Translations under genes and position numbers: made by a program
The notes under the pieces: generated by a model
What the model saw: the letters and a program-made list of their open reading frames with translations, nothing else
Told to the model about the DNA's origin: nothing
Databases searched by the model: none
Assembly (NCBI GenBank): GCA_041739525.1
Contig: JBGSNQ010000165.1
Coordinates: 14,706 to 78,705, forward strand
Source of the DNA: Pseudomonadales bacterium
GTDB lineage: Bacteria > Pseudomonadota > Gammaproteobacteria > Pseudomonadales > Azotimanducaceae
Length of the DNA: 64,000 nt
Reading direction: 5' to 3'
In this document: positions 18,263-28,404 of the stretch, one piece after another
Position numbering within the stretch: position 1 is the first letter of the stretch
Layout of the letters: each line of letters begins with the position of its first letter

Positions 18263-19153
18263 CTATGCTACTGATACGCGGCGGCCGACGAAGGCCACCT
18301 GTTCGTCGTAGAAGCGCCGAATGTTATGTGCGATCTGCTCTAGACAGTCCTCCACCGCGAAGTGACCAGAATCCAGCCGATGGATCTCCGCATTCGGAAG
18401 GTCGCGCAGATACGCTTCACCGCCTTCGCGGGTGAAGAAGATGTCGTCCTGTCCCCAGAAGATCAGCGTGTGGGGTTGGCGCGTTCGGAGAAACGCCTGC
18501 CATTTCGGATACAGGTCGACGTTGGTTCGGTAGTCGTAGAACAGGTCGAGATGCACGCGTCGGGCATGCGTGCGCTCCATGAAACGGAAGTCCATGTTCC
18601 AGTTGTCGGGGCTGATGAGTTCAGGCTGCTTGTGGCCGTGCACGTACACCATGCGGATACCGTCGAGTGCGAGAAACGGCATGAGTGCTGCTTCCGTTTC
18701 GGCATCGCGCCGCTTCCACAACGCATGCCGGATGCCATCCCATGCGGTGGTGAATCCCTCCTCGTACGCATTCGTGTTCTGCAGAATCAGCCACTCCGCC
18801 CATTCCGGATGGCGCGTCACGATTCGGAATCCGACCGGTCCGCCGTAGTCCTGCATGAAGAGACCGAATCGGTCGAAGCCAACGTGCGTGAGGAGTCCTT
18901 CGACGATTTCAGAGAAGCGGTCGAACGTGTACGGAAAAGCGGCCGGATCCGGCATGTCGGTGTTGCCGAATCCGGGATAGTCCGGCGCGATGACGTGAAA
19001 TTTATCGGCCAGCGCCGGGATGAGATTGCGGAACTGGTGCGATGAGGCCGGGAAACCTCCCAGCAGCACCAGCTTCGGTGACCTAGGATCTCCTGCCTCC
19101 CGGTAAAACACCGAGAGTCCCTGGATGATCGCCGTCTTGCTGAGCACGTTCAT
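18263..19153 (-). CDS. alpha/beta-fold hydrolase (epoxide hydrolase/haloalkane dehalogenase-like)
   Basis: 296 aa with LLGGFPASSHQFRNLIP...APDYPGFG...QDYGGPVG in the nucleophile-elbow region. Confidence 0.85.
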   Translation of the reverse strand: MNVLSKTAIIQGLSVFYREAGDPRSPKLVLLGGFPASSHQFRNLIPALADKFHVIAPDYPGFGNTDMPDPAAFPYTFDRFSEIVEGLLTHVGFDRFGLFMQDYGGPVGFRIVTRHPEWAEWLILQNTNAYEEGFTTAWDGIRHALWKRRDAETEAALMPFLALDGIRMVYVHGHKQPELISPDNWNMDFRFMERTHARRVHLDLFYDYRTNVDLYPKWQAFLRTRQPHTLIFWGQDDIFFTREGGEAYLRDLPNAEIHRLDSGHFAVEDCLEQIAHNIRRFYDEQVAFVGRRVSVA

Positions 19154-19218
19154 TTGGCTTTACCTGATGAGTAGAAGTTCGTTCCTTGCAGCTGCGTCGA
19201 TATCGCAGCGGAACCAAG

Positions 19219-19268
19219 TAGACAAGTCTGTCTATTCCATGTCAAGGGAAAATAGACAAGTCTGTATA
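19219..19268. promoter_or_regulatory. twin operator-like palindromes in the hydrolase/TetR divergent intergenic region
   Basis: TAGACAAGTCTGTCTA (19219-19234) and TAGACAAGTCTGTATA (19253-19268), in an AT-rich spacer. Confidence 0.5.
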
Positions 19269-19309
19269 TTTTTTTGCCAAGCCCGGCGCATCCGTTCTAA
19301 GCTGCTCAT

Positions 19310-19873
19310 ATGGCATCGATGAAACGCGATCACCTGCTCGCTACCGCGTGGCGGCTCTTCTATCGCGACGGCTATCGCGCGGTGGGCATCGACACGCTGC
19401 TGGCCGAAGCGAACGTCGCAAAGATGACGCTCTACAATCACTACGCTTCGAAAGACGAGCTCATCGTCGACGTGATCAAACGGCGCAGCGAAGAAGTGCT
19501 CACCGGTCTGCGTGAAGCCGCCGAGGCTGCCGGCAATTCGCCGGAGCGTCGCTTGCTCAGCGTGTTCGACTGGCTCAAAGATCTGTTCGCCGGCGATGAC
19601 TTCATGGGATGCGCGTTCATTCGCGCGCTGAGCGAGTTCCCCGACACGGACCATCCTGTGCATCGCGCGGCGTGGACTCACAAGATGGCCGTCCGAAACA
19701 TGCTGAAAGGTCTGGCAACGGATGCAGGTGCGAAGAATCCTGGCGCACTCGCCGATTCGCTGAGGCTGCTGATCGACGGCGCGTTGGTCGCGGCGCACGC
19801 GACAGGTACGACCAAGCCCGCGACCGTCGCCCGTCAGGCAGCCGCGAGTCTGCTCGCGTCCGCCCGCGGCTGA
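19310..19873 (+). CDS. TetR/AcrR-family transcriptional regulator
   Basis: N-terminal HTH (LFYRDGYRAVGIDTLLAEANVAKMTLYNHYASKDEL), 187 aa. Confidence 0.9.
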   Translation: MASMKRDHLLATAWRLFYRDGYRAVGIDTLLAEANVAKMTLYNHYASKDELIVDVIKRRSEEVLTGLREAAEAAGNSPERRLLSVFDWLKDLFAGDDFMGCAFIRALSEFPDTDHPVHRAAWTHKMAVRNMLKGLATDAGAKNPGALADSLRLLIDGALVAAHATGTTKPATVARQAAASLLASARG

Positions 19874-20859
19874 TGAGTAGCTCTACCGTCATTCGCCGAC
19901 TCGTTGCCGCAGACGCGAAGGCGTTGGTTGCGTGCTTCCAACGTTGCTACGGCGAGACATATCCGAACGACGATTTCTACGACGTATCTCGCCTGGTGCA
20001 GCGCATCGAGATGGGTTCGTTGCGCTCGGCCGTCGCGATCGCCAACGACGGCACTCTGGTGGGCCATACGGGACTCAGCGTTCGGCATTCGGACGCCAAA
20101 GCGATCGAAGCCGGTAACACCGTGGTCGATCCGGCGTGTCGCGGGCAGGGTCTCTTGGCGCGACTCGCCGCGCTGCTGAACCAACTGTGCACGGAGGCCG
20201 GTTACCTCGCCTACCTGCACTACCCCACCTGCGCGCACGAAATCATGCAGATAAGTTCGGTGCGCAGCGGCTTCGAAACAGGCCTGATGCTCGACTACAT
20301 CCCGGCAGAAACCGACTACCGCGAGATCGATCGCGGCGAAGGCCGCGTTGCCGCGACGGTGGCGTACCAGCCGATTGCTCCGGCACCGCACCGCACGCTG
20401 CGGATCGCGCCTCGCTATTTCGACGTCGCACGGCAAGTCTACGACGCGGCATCACTCGACCGATCGCTGCGGCTTGCCGACGACTCCACAGCGTCGCGAA
20501 CCACGAGACTGACCGCCTCGTTCGGCAAGCGGCGCGGCTTGCAGCATGTGCACGTTGACGCGATTGGCAGCGATTTCACGCACGCCATCATGGCCGCATC
20601 GCGTGGCGACGCTGCGGTGAGCCACGTCGACCTGTGCCTCGACGATCCCGGAGTGACAATTGCAGTGGAAGAACTGCGCAGGATGGGCTATCTCTTCTGC
20701 GCGCTATTGCCGGAGTTCGCGCACACTGACGTGTTGCGCATGCAACGGCTCGCCTCTCCCGGCGCCAGTTCGTTCACGCCGCAGCTCGCAAATGCCGGCG
20801 CCATCGACTTGTTGGCGCGCATGCGTCGCGAGCAGGAAGGAACGAACAGCGTCTTCTGA
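19873..20859 (+). CDS. GNAT-family N-acetyltransferase with C-terminal extension
   Basis: The ATG overlaps the TetR stop (TGATG). Acetyl-CoA motif region VVDPACRGQGLLARL. 328 aa. Confidence 0.6.
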   Translation: MSSSTVIRRLVAADAKALVACFQRCYGETYPNDDFYDVSRLVQRIEMGSLRSAVAIANDGTLVGHTGLSVRHSDAKAIEAGNTVVDPACRGQGLLARLAALLNQLCTEAGYLAYLHYPTCAHEIMQISSVRSGFETGLMLDYIPAETDYREIDRGEGRVAATVAYQPIAPAPHRTLRIAPRYFDVARQVYDAASLDRSLRLADDSTASRTTRLTASFGKRRGLQHVHVDAIGSDFTHAIMAASRGDAAVSHVDLCLDDPGVTIAVEELRRMGYLFCALLPEFAHTDVLRMQRLASPGASSFTPQLANAGAIDLLARMRREQEGTNSVF

Positions 20860-20882
20860 ATGTGTGCGACCGAGAGCGGCCG

Positions 20883-21596
20883 TCAACGCTTCAGCTTCTC
20901 CGCCAGCGCACGAAACGCCGGATCCTTCTTCCGCCGCATGATGTCGGCGGCCGTCACGCCGTCTTTGTTCGGAATGTCGCCGCGCGCGCCGTACGAGACG
21001 ACCATCTCCACATGCTTCAACTCGCTGCCCTTCTTCAGCATGTAATGCAGCGCCGTCATCTTTTTCGCGTCCTGCCAGTTCGCGTTCGCACCGTGCTTCA
21101 GCAGTTCTTCCGCCGAGTCGAACAAGCTCCACTTCACCGCGCCGAGGAACGGCGTTTCCGGGCCGTCCTGATCGACGTCGGCGCCGCCGCGTATCAACAG
21201 ACGGATTGCTTCCAGATCGTGGTTGAACGATGCCGCCCATAAACAGTTGTTGGGATTCGAGCCGCGCTTCAGCAGGAACCTCGCGAGTTCGTGATTGCGG
21301 CCGCGCCCGATCGCATACCACAGCGGCGTCGCTTCGAAGAACCCGCCTTCGGTGAATGCCGGCTTGCTGACGTTGAAACCGAGTTTCAACAACGTTTCAG
21401 CCGTTTTCACGCCGTCGGCAACTTTCTGTTTGCGTTTCGTCACGTCGACACCGCAGCAGATGTGCAGCCAATTGCGGCCGCGCTCGTCCTCGTAGTCGAG
21501 CAATGCGGAACTTTCGTCGAGCCCTTCTTTGACTGCCTTCCAGTCGAACGCTTTCACGAGATCGAGCATTCGTGTTTTCGAGACCATCAGTTGCAT
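20883..21596 (-). CDS. ankyrin-repeat protein
   Basis: Repeated ..TPL..A......L..LL..GA..N.. units (e.g. ATPLWYAIGRGRNHELARFLLKRGSNPN and MTALHYMLKKGSELKHVEMVVSYGARGD). Confidence 0.85.
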   Translation of the reverse strand: MQLMVSKTRMLDLVKAFDWKAVKEGLDESSALLDYEDERGRNWLHICCGVDVTKRKQKVADGVKTAETLLKLGFNVSKPAFTEGGFFEATPLWYAIGRGRNHELARFLLKRGSNPNNCLWAASFNHDLEAIRLLIRGGADVDQDGPETPFLGAVKWSLFDSAEELLKHGANANWQDAKKMTALHYMLKKGSELKHVEMVVSYGARGDIPNKDGVTAADIMRRKKDPAFRALAEKLKR

Positions 21597-21698
21597 CCCT
21601 TCCGATTTCCACCCGATGGTTTCATACGGCTGGTGCTGCTTCCATCGCTTCGGATGTCGGGCTACATTGATTCTGCTTGGGGGTCAGAGGGAGACAAG

Positions 21699-22544
21699 GT
21701 GATCAATCCTGCAGAACACAACGTTACGAGCGGCCGGCTCAAAACGGATGAGTTGAAGTGCCTCGAGCAAAACGGTTACGTGGTGCGTGAGAACGTATTC
21801 ACACCGAAGGAAATCGCAGAGATTACTGCGGCGTGCGAAGCGCTGGTGGACCGATTCGTTCAGGAGCGCCGTCGTAAGCGCTACCCCGTCGGCAGCTACA
21901 CGTTCGAACCGAACAACGAGCACTTGATCATGATCAAGTGGGAAGGCGACACCGACATCGTGCACGGCCTCGAACCGTTCGCGCATCTCGATCCCGTCAT
22001 CAATCGCTGGGCGACAGACGATCGCTTCATCGCACCAATGTGCGATTTCGTCGGCGACGAGCACCCGGTTCTGTTCACCGAGAAACTAAATCTGAAACGT
22101 CCTGGCTACGGCGGCGTGAACCCGATGCACCAGGACTATCCGTACTGGATCGGCGAAGCAAAGGATCCCGTCAGAGTTGCAACCGCCATGTTGTTCCTCG
22201 ACGACGCAACGCTCGAGAACGGTTGTCTGCAGGTGGCGCCCGGCAGTCACCGTTCCGGGCGATGGCAGAATCGGACCGACTCCGACGAGTTCGGCGCCAA
22301 CGAGATCGACGCATCCGCTTATAAGGATGTAGTGATGCAGCCGCTGCCGTTGAAGGCGGGATCGATGGTGATGTTCGGCTCCATGCTCGTACACAGCTCC
22401 GAAGCCAATCGATCGAAACTCGAAAGACGCGCGCTGTTGTTTAGCTACCAGCCCGCCGGGTATCCGCACATGGTCGAGAAAATGATCGCCGACAAGGAAG
22501 CTTACCGACGCGCGAAAGCCGAGCGCGAAGCGAAGGCAGGTTGA
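21699..22544 (+). CDS. phytanoyl-CoA dioxygenase (PhyH) family Fe(II)/2-oxoglutarate oxygenase
   Basis: MHQDYPYW (HxD) ... LVHSSEANRS (distal His, Arg). GTG start preceded by GAGGGAG. ATG 21654 is an alternative start. Confidence 0.8.
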   Translation: MINPAEHNVTSGRLKTDELKCLEQNGYVVRENVFTPKEIAEITAACEALVDRFVQERRRKRYPVGSYTFEPNNEHLIMIKWEGDTDIVHGLEPFAHLDPVINRWATDDRFIAPMCDFVGDEHPVLFTEKLNLKRPGYGGVNPMHQDYPYWIGEAKDPVRVATAMLFLDDATLENGCLQVAPGSHRSGRWQNRTDSDEFGANEIDASAYKDVVMQPLPLKAGSMVMFGSMLVHSSEANRSKLERRALLFSYQPAGYPHMVEKMIADKEAYRRAKAEREAKAG

Positions 22545-22546
22545 GT

Positions 22547-23329
22547 ATGGATCTGAACGGACGAGTCGCCGTCATCACAGGTGCCGCCAGCGGCATCGGT
22601 GCCGCATGCGCGCGGGCATTCGCAGCGAAGGGCGCCAAAGTCGTAGTGGTGGATGTGAACGAAAGCGGCGCTCGTGCCGTTGCGAAGGAAATCGGCGGTC
22701 TCGCCATTCCATGCAACATTGCCGATGAATCGGCAGTCAATTCGCTGGTCGCGCAGGCACAACGCGAACTCGGCCCCATCGACGTGTTCTTCAACAACGC
22801 AGGCGTGGCCACCGGCGGTCCGCCGCTCACCACACCGATCGACGTGTGGAACGACCAGTGGCAGATCAACCTGATGAGCCACGTGTACGCCATTCGTGCG
22901 GTGCTGCCGGGGATGCTCGAACGCGGCGAGGGTTATCTGCTGCACACGGCATCGATGGCCGGCATTCTCACCACGCACGGCAATCTCACGTACGCGGTGA
23001 CGAAGCACGCGGTGGTCGGCCTCGCGGAGTGGTTGTCGATCACGTATCACGACAAAGGCATCCGCGTGTCGCTGCTCGCGCCGCTCGGCGTGCGCACGCC
23101 GATGCTCGGCAACGCAGAAGGCTCGCTCGCGCGCGACGCACTGGGTCCGATCAAGGAACCCGCCGAGGTCGCGGACATGGTGGTCGATGCGATTCACGCC
23201 GAACGCTTTCTGATCCTCACCGATCCGATTGCGCAGTCGTGGATGAACAAGAAGAACGCCGACCTCGAACGCTGGCTGAACGGTATGCGTCGGCTGCAAC
23301 GCGTGATGGACGGCGGTAAGCCGGCTTAA
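22547..23329 (+). CDS. SDR-family oxidoreductase
   Basis: TGAASGIGAA Rossmann motif, NNAG, YAVTKHA (YxxxK). Confidence 0.9.
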   Translation: MDLNGRVAVITGAASGIGAACARAFAAKGAKVVVVDVNESGARAVAKEIGGLAIPCNIADESAVNSLVAQAQRELGPIDVFFNNAGVATGGPPLTTPIDVWNDQWQINLMSHVYAIRAVLPGMLERGEGYLLHTASMAGILTTHGNLTYAVTKHAVVGLAEWLSITYHDKGIRVSLLAPLGVRTPMLGNAEGSLARDALGPIKEPAEVADMVVDAIHAERFLILTDPIAQSWMNKKNADLERWLNGMRRLQRVMDGGKPA

Positions 23330-23333
23330 GCCG

Positions 23334-24557
23334 CTACGCGTCGAGGCGCATCTGCCGCACGTCGCGTACACACAGCGTTAGTGCGGTTGGAATCACCACC
23401 ATCGCAACGGCAATCCACGCGGTGGTCTGTGTACCGAGTGCCTCGATCGATACACCCGCCGCGATGAGACCGAGCGGTGCCAGCGCAAAAGAACCGAGCG
23501 CATCGTAAGAGCTGATACGCGACAACATCTCCGCCGGGATCTTTCGGTGCAGCGTCGTGTACCACAGCACACCGACGAGCTGACCGCACACGCCGTGTGC
23601 GAACGTGGCGATCGCCACGAGCCACACCATCGTCGTGGACGCGAGCAGCAACGCCGGTGCCGCATAAACGAACACGCACATCGTAATCACGAGCATCGGC
23701 CGTACGACATTCAGACGCATCGCGACGAAGCCGCCGGTCAACGTACCGATTCCGAACGCAGCGCTGATGAAACCCCAGTCCGGTGGTCCGCCCATCGATG
23801 TTTTTGCCACGGTAGGACCGATCAGGCCGTACACACTCTGCACGGCCGCGACGATCAGCGAGAACTGCAGCACGATCACCCACAACCATTGGTGCGAGAC
23901 AAATTCCCGCCAGCCGGACTTCAGATCGTCGATCAAATCGGAGGTACGCGCCTGCGCAACAGCGGGAACGCCGATGCGCGACACCAGCACCGCCGCAATA
24001 CCGAATCCCGCCGCATCGATCGCGATGGTCGGCCCGCTGCCGAACAACGCCACGAGAATGCCCGCACACGCAGCGCCGAGTGCAAAAGCGCCGCTGCGCG
24101 CGGTACCAAGCAACGCGTTGGCGGCCTGCAATTTCTCGGGTTTCACAACCTGCGGTATGAAGCCGACCAGGGCCGGTTGGTGGAACGCCAGCGCCACGCC
24201 GTTGCACACCATCAACGCCATCATCAGCGGCACATGTGCGTGACCGGTGACGAAGGCGATCGCCATCGTCGCCTGGATGCTCATTGCGAGTACATCGGCG
24301 GATACCATCACGCGCCGTCGCGAGACGCGATCTGCAACAACGCCACCGAACAACAGCACCGCGATCTGCGCGGCAGTCTGGCACGCGATCACGACGCCCG
24401 TGTCGCGCGCCGACCCGGTTACGTGCAGCACGCCGAAGGCCATTGCGATCGGCGCCATCAACGTACCGAACCAAGCCACGAGATGCGCGCTGAACAGTTT
24501 TGCAAAGTCGCGATCGCGCAGCAGTACGGCGGCACCGCTGAATTGTGGACGGCTCAC
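23334..24557 (-). CDS. MFS transporter
   Basis: 407 aa, ~12 hydrophobic helices, GGVVADRVSRRRVM loop motif. Confidence 0.85.
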   Translation of the reverse strand: MSRPQFSGAAVLLRDRDFAKLFSAHLVAWFGTLMAPIAMAFGVLHVTGSARDTGVVIACQTAAQIAVLLFGGVVADRVSRRRVMVSADVLAMSIQATMAIAFVTGHAHVPLMMALMVCNGVALAFHQPALVGFIPQVVKPEKLQAANALLGTARSGAFALGAACAGILVALFGSGPTIAIDAAGFGIAAVLVSRIGVPAVAQARTSDLIDDLKSGWREFVSHQWLWVIVLQFSLIVAAVQSVYGLIGPTVAKTSMGGPPDWGFISAAFGIGTLTGGFVAMRLNVVRPMLVITMCVFVYAAPALLLASTTMVWLVAIATFAHGVCGQLVGVLWYTTLHRKIPAEMLSRISSYDALGSFALAPLGLIAAGVSIEALGTQTTAWIAVAMVVIPTALTLCVRDVRQMRLDA

Positions 24558-24602
24558 ATGGGTTGCGACGGTCCGGTTGAACCGCCGTAGTCACCGATTG
24601 CG

Positions 24603-25211
24603 TTACTTCATCAGGCCTTCGGCACGAAGCGCTTCCTGCACTTTCGGGCGCGCGGCGATGCGTCCGGAATACGCCGCGACGTTCGGGAATGCTTTCAGAT
24701 CCATGCCGACGAAGTTCGCCCAGTTCAGAATCGTGAACGCGTACGCGTCGGCTGCCGTGAACGTATCGCCCAGCAGGAACTGCTTGTTCGCGAGTTGCTC
24801 GTTCAGATAACCGATCCGCTTCGTGATGGTCGCCTTCGCCGCTTCTTTTCCCGCATCGGTTGTAGCCGGGTTGAACAGCGGACCGAAGTTCTTGTGCAGT
24901 TCGGTGCCGATGAAGTTCAGCCACTCCTGCAACCGATAGCGATCTACCGTGCCGGCCGCCGGTGCGAGTTTCGTGGCGGGCTTCTGATCGGCGAGGTATT
25001 GAACGATCGCCGGACCTTCGGTGAGCACGCTGCCGTCGTCGAGGCGCAGCGCCGGCACGTACCCTTTCGGATTGATCTTCGAATAGTCGTCGCCGTTTGC
25101 CGTCTTGTGCTGCGCGAGGTCGACTTTTTCCAGTTCGACCGCGATACCGGCTTCGCGCGCAACGATGTGCGGCGACAACGAGCAGGCGCCCGGGGAGTAA
25201 TACAGTTTCAT
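24603..25211 (-). CDS. glutathione S-transferase
   Basis: MKLYYSPGACSLSPHIVAREAG...YVPAL...GPAIVQYL, bacterial GstA/beta-class-like, 202 aa. The start is trimmed from the longer ORF. Confidence 0.9.
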   Translation of the reverse strand: MKLYYSPGACSLSPHIVAREAGIAVELEKVDLAQHKTANGDDYSKINPKGYVPALRLDDGSVLTEGPAIVQYLADQKPATKLAPAAGTVDRYRLQEWLNFIGTELHKNFGPLFNPATTDAGKEAAKATITKRIGYLNEQLANKQFLLGDTFTAADAYAFTILNWANFVGMDLKAFPNVAAYSGRIAARPKVQEALRAEGLMK

Positions 25212-25305
25212 GTTCGATTTCCTGGTTCCGACATGGGTCGGCAACCGTACGACTTTCGTCGGTGGTAGTCCACGGTGGAACGCTACGGACGCACCTCGGG
25301 ACGAG

Positions 25306-26838
25306 CTAACGCCGTAACGGCACGAACGCGTTCGCGAACACGTAGTCCGCCACCTTGCGGCCCTGTGCAACGCCGTCGGATTTGTCGAACGACCAATGGA
25401 TGCCGAGATAGATGCGGCTCTGCCCGTTCTCTTCTTCCGCCGCTGACAGCGACGAGAAGGTGCGCGGCAGCAGCGGTCGCACATTGCCCTGGTTGTCGCG
25501 CGTTACACCGTTGAACTCGTCGGAAACGAACGTGAACGCGATGTCGTCGGTGCCGTAGAACTTACGCAGCGTCTGGAACAGCGCCCCACCGAAACCGGCA
25601 TGTCCGGAAGGGTATGACGGGAACGGCGGCGTGAAATTCGGACCCTGCAGATTGCTGGCGGGCGCACCGAGCGGCGTGAACGTCGGATCACCGACGGTGT
25701 CGGGATTGCCGTCGCCGGTGAGGCTCGGCCCGGTGCCCTCGTCCGACTCGCGGATGCCGGTAACCGGCCGCCAGAAGTTGTAGTAGAACTTCGACTCCCA
25801 GATCGCAATTCCCGAATCCGCCATGGCCGTGTTGATCAGCGCGAGCAACCGCGCCATTTCGACCACGCGGGTGGTCGTACCCATCTGCTCCGCGATCACC
25901 AGTGCGAGCTGGTTATAGAGCCGCGGCGGTGCGCACAGGCTGGGTGTACCGTCGTAGGCCCAGTAGATTCCGGCTTCGGTCTGGTCGGCGGTGCGCTGTG
26001 TCGGCGTAACGATTCCGTCGCCGCCCAAGGACTGCACTTCCTCGTACGCCTTCGCGTATTTCACGCTCGTCATCTTCGGCGGCGGCGGTGCGCGGAACTG
26101 CTTGCCCGAACGCAGCACGAACGGCGTTACCTTTCCCCACGTCGCACCCAGCGCCACACCACCCTTGCCGATCGGATCCTGTCGCCACACGCCCGCCGCG
26201 TCGCCCGGAATGTACTCGGTTCCCATCTTCGGGTCGGTGTCGGTCCAACCGTCGCCCACGCGATGCTGGATCATTACCTGCGCGCTTTGCTTACCCAGCG
26301 CTATTCCATTCGCCTTGGCGCGGCTGTCGGGAAGGCCGGACAGATCTTCATCGAGCAAGTCGTCGAAGCGGACCTTTTGCGAGGGATACTCGGCGACGAG
26401 CGCGTCGTGCGCCGCTTGGGCGATTGCAGCTTGCATGGACGTAAGCACCGGTGGCGCCTTCAACCGCGAGTACGGCTTGTATCGCGGAATGATGGCGTTG
26501 ACCGCATCGAACATCGCGATGTGTACCATCGCCATCGCTCTGCTCGAACGCCCCGGCCCCAGCTGCTCGCCATACTTTCGAGTCTCGCCGGCAGCCACCG
26601 GAGTGTGATCGAGGCCACTCGCATCCACCGCAATCCTGTTCCAGCGAAGGAGCGCCTCCGCAGCGTCGTTTGCACGCCGCGGGCGATCCGGTAACGGATT
26701 CGCCAGCGGTGACGGCTTGAAGCCCGGTCCTAGAACTTCGTTCAACGATTGCGCGGCGTCAGCGGCTGGCACGCAACCCAGCGCAAGAATTACAAACAGG
26801 ACGCGTTGAAAAGAAGCGAAATGCCCACTGAACATCAT
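25306..26838 (-). CDS. vanadium-haloperoxidase-like protein (PAP2/acid-phosphatase superfamily), secreted
   Basis: Signal peptide. Carries the three superfamily motifs KFYYNFWRP (Kx6RP), PSYPSGHA (PSGH) and SRIYLGIHWSFD (SRx5Hx3D). Confidence 0.75.
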   Translation of the reverse strand: MMFSGHFASFQRVLFVILALGCVPAADAAQSLNEVLGPGFKPSPLANPLPDRPRRANDAAEALLRWNRIAVDASGLDHTPVAAGETRKYGEQLGPGRSSRAMAMVHIAMFDAVNAIIPRYKPYSRLKAPPVLTSMQAAIAQAAHDALVAEYPSQKVRFDDLLDEDLSGLPDSRAKANGIALGKQSAQVMIQHRVGDGWTDTDPKMGTEYIPGDAAGVWRQDPIGKGGVALGATWGKVTPFVLRSGKQFRAPPPPKMTSVKYAKAYEEVQSLGGDGIVTPTQRTADQTEAGIYWAYDGTPSLCAPPRLYNQLALVIAEQMGTTTRVVEMARLLALINTAMADSGIAIWESKFYYNFWRPVTGIRESDEGTGPSLTGDGNPDTVGDPTFTPLGAPASNLQGPNFTPPFPSYPSGHAGFGGALFQTLRKFYGTDDIAFTFVSDEFNGVTRDNQGNVRPLLPRTFSSLSAAEEENGQSRIYLGIHWSFDKSDGVAQGRKVADYVFANAFVPLRR

Positions 26839-26908
26839 TCCTCCGCTGAAAATTGTCGCTGATCGTAGGCTGTCAATTCGAGCGCCTCTGCACGTTGCAT
26901 ACGCTGAA

Positions 26909-28270
26909 TCACAGGGAATCGAGGAACTTAAGTACCTGCGTCTTCTGCGCCTCTGACAAACTGTTGTAACGACGGGTGACGCTGGCGGCCTGCCCTGCGT
27001 GCCGCGCGATGGCTTCCTGGAACGTGAACGACAAGCCGTCGTGCATCAGCCGGTTGCGCGTGCGCAGCGCCCACAACGGCGCAGTGCGTATCTGACTCGC
27101 TGTCGCTGCGTACTGCGCAGTCGGAAGGAACGGAATGCCGTCGCCGGTGCCGATGTCGTGCAGCAGGAAATCGCTGTAGGGATGAATGATCTTGTTTCCG
27201 AGCGCGGCAGGCACTTTGAACGCACCGCCGTTGATCGGCGTTCCCGCACGCGCCGTAACGATGGTTGCGACATGACACGTTGCACAGCCAACCTGTGTGA
27301 ACAACCGATCGCCGGCCTGAACGTCAGCGCTAAGGGGACCTCGCGAAGGCGCCTTCGTCGAACGCATGAAGTCGGCGAACGCAACGACGTCCACGCCGTC
27401 GTCTTCGGGGTCGGCCACTGTGTCGTACTTCGTTCCGTAGCTCACGTCTTCCCCGCTCGAAGTGTTCTCCTCCGGAAACGTCGGGCTCGTGATGCCCATC
27501 TCATTGAGATACGCATCCGCAGCGAACGACTGAAGGCTCGCGTGCTGGTTCTTCCAGCCGAAACGTCCGATTCGCGAGGCGCCGTTCGCTTCCAGCACCG
27601 GCACTTCGAGAATCGACCCGCGTAGTGCCGCAGGTTGCGCATTGCGGATTGCGATGATCGTGTCGTTCGAAATGGCCTCGACGTAGCCATTGCCCAGCGT
27701 ATTGGTCGACAACCTGAACGTGCGCACGTCGTCTTCGAAGTTCACACGCTCGACTGCCTCTGGATAAGTGGCGCGCGATTGAATCAACGAGCCGCCCGGC
27801 GATTCGAAGAACTGGTCGCCGTTCAGACGTCCGGTGCGGTGCTCGGCAATCTGGCTTGCGCCGCCCGTCGCCACGTTTTGGTGACACTCCGCGCAACTCT
27901 GCGCGTTGTAGGTAGGTCCGAGTCCGTCGGCTACCGTCTCAACTTCTTCGAAGATGAACCGGTTGTCGTTGAACGAGCGCCCCGGCACCACGGCGTCTTC
28001 GTCGAGTTCGTCGAACGGAGGACCTTGCACGAGGTAACCGTTGGTCACGTTGTCGAATCCGGTCAACGCTTCGGTAGGACGCGTTCTCGTTGTCGATGGA
28101 CGAGCGACGCCGGTGACGGTCGGCGCGCCGTCCGGATTCGCAGCCGGATCTTCCGACGGAGGTGTACCTACAGCGCGGAAGCGGTCGCGGCGGTCCGCGG
28201 AGGCATCAGAGATGCAGAAAGCAATTAAGAACAAGCCGGCGAAGGCGGCGCGACAGGTAGGACGTTTCAT
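26909..28270 (-). CDS. di-haem cytochrome c oxidoreductase/peroxidase-like protein (DUF1111-type), secreted
   Basis: Signal peptide, two CxxCH sites (CAECH, CATCH) and an IGRFGWK block. Confidence 0.75.
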   Translation of the reverse strand: MKRPTCRAAFAGLFLIAFCISDASADRRDRFRAVGTPPSEDPAANPDGAPTVTGVARPSTTRTRPTEALTGFDNVTNGYLVQGPPFDELDEDAVVPGRSFNDNRFIFEEVETVADGLGPTYNAQSCAECHQNVATGGASQIAEHRTGRLNGDQFFESPGGSLIQSRATYPEAVERVNFEDDVRTFRLSTNTLGNGYVEAISNDTIIAIRNAQPAALRGSILEVPVLEANGASRIGRFGWKNQHASLQSFAADAYLNEMGITSPTFPEENTSSGEDVSYGTKYDTVADPEDDGVDVVAFADFMRSTKAPSRGPLSADVQAGDRLFTQVGCATCHVATIVTARAGTPINGGAFKVPAALGNKIIHPYSDFLLHDIGTGDGIPFLPTAQYAATASQIRTAPLWALRTRNRLMHDGLSFTFQEAIARHAGQAASVTRRYNSLSEAQKTQVLKFLDSL

Positions 28271-28404
28271 CGATCTGGCTCCCTTGGCGAGCCACGATTT
28301 AAGGATGCGCGCGGAAACGAGTCTGCCCGGTTCGTGCCGGACCTATCTCATTCCTGTCATTAATTTCGAATCGGCGGAACCTCGTCGAGAGGCTCATCGG
28401 GCTC

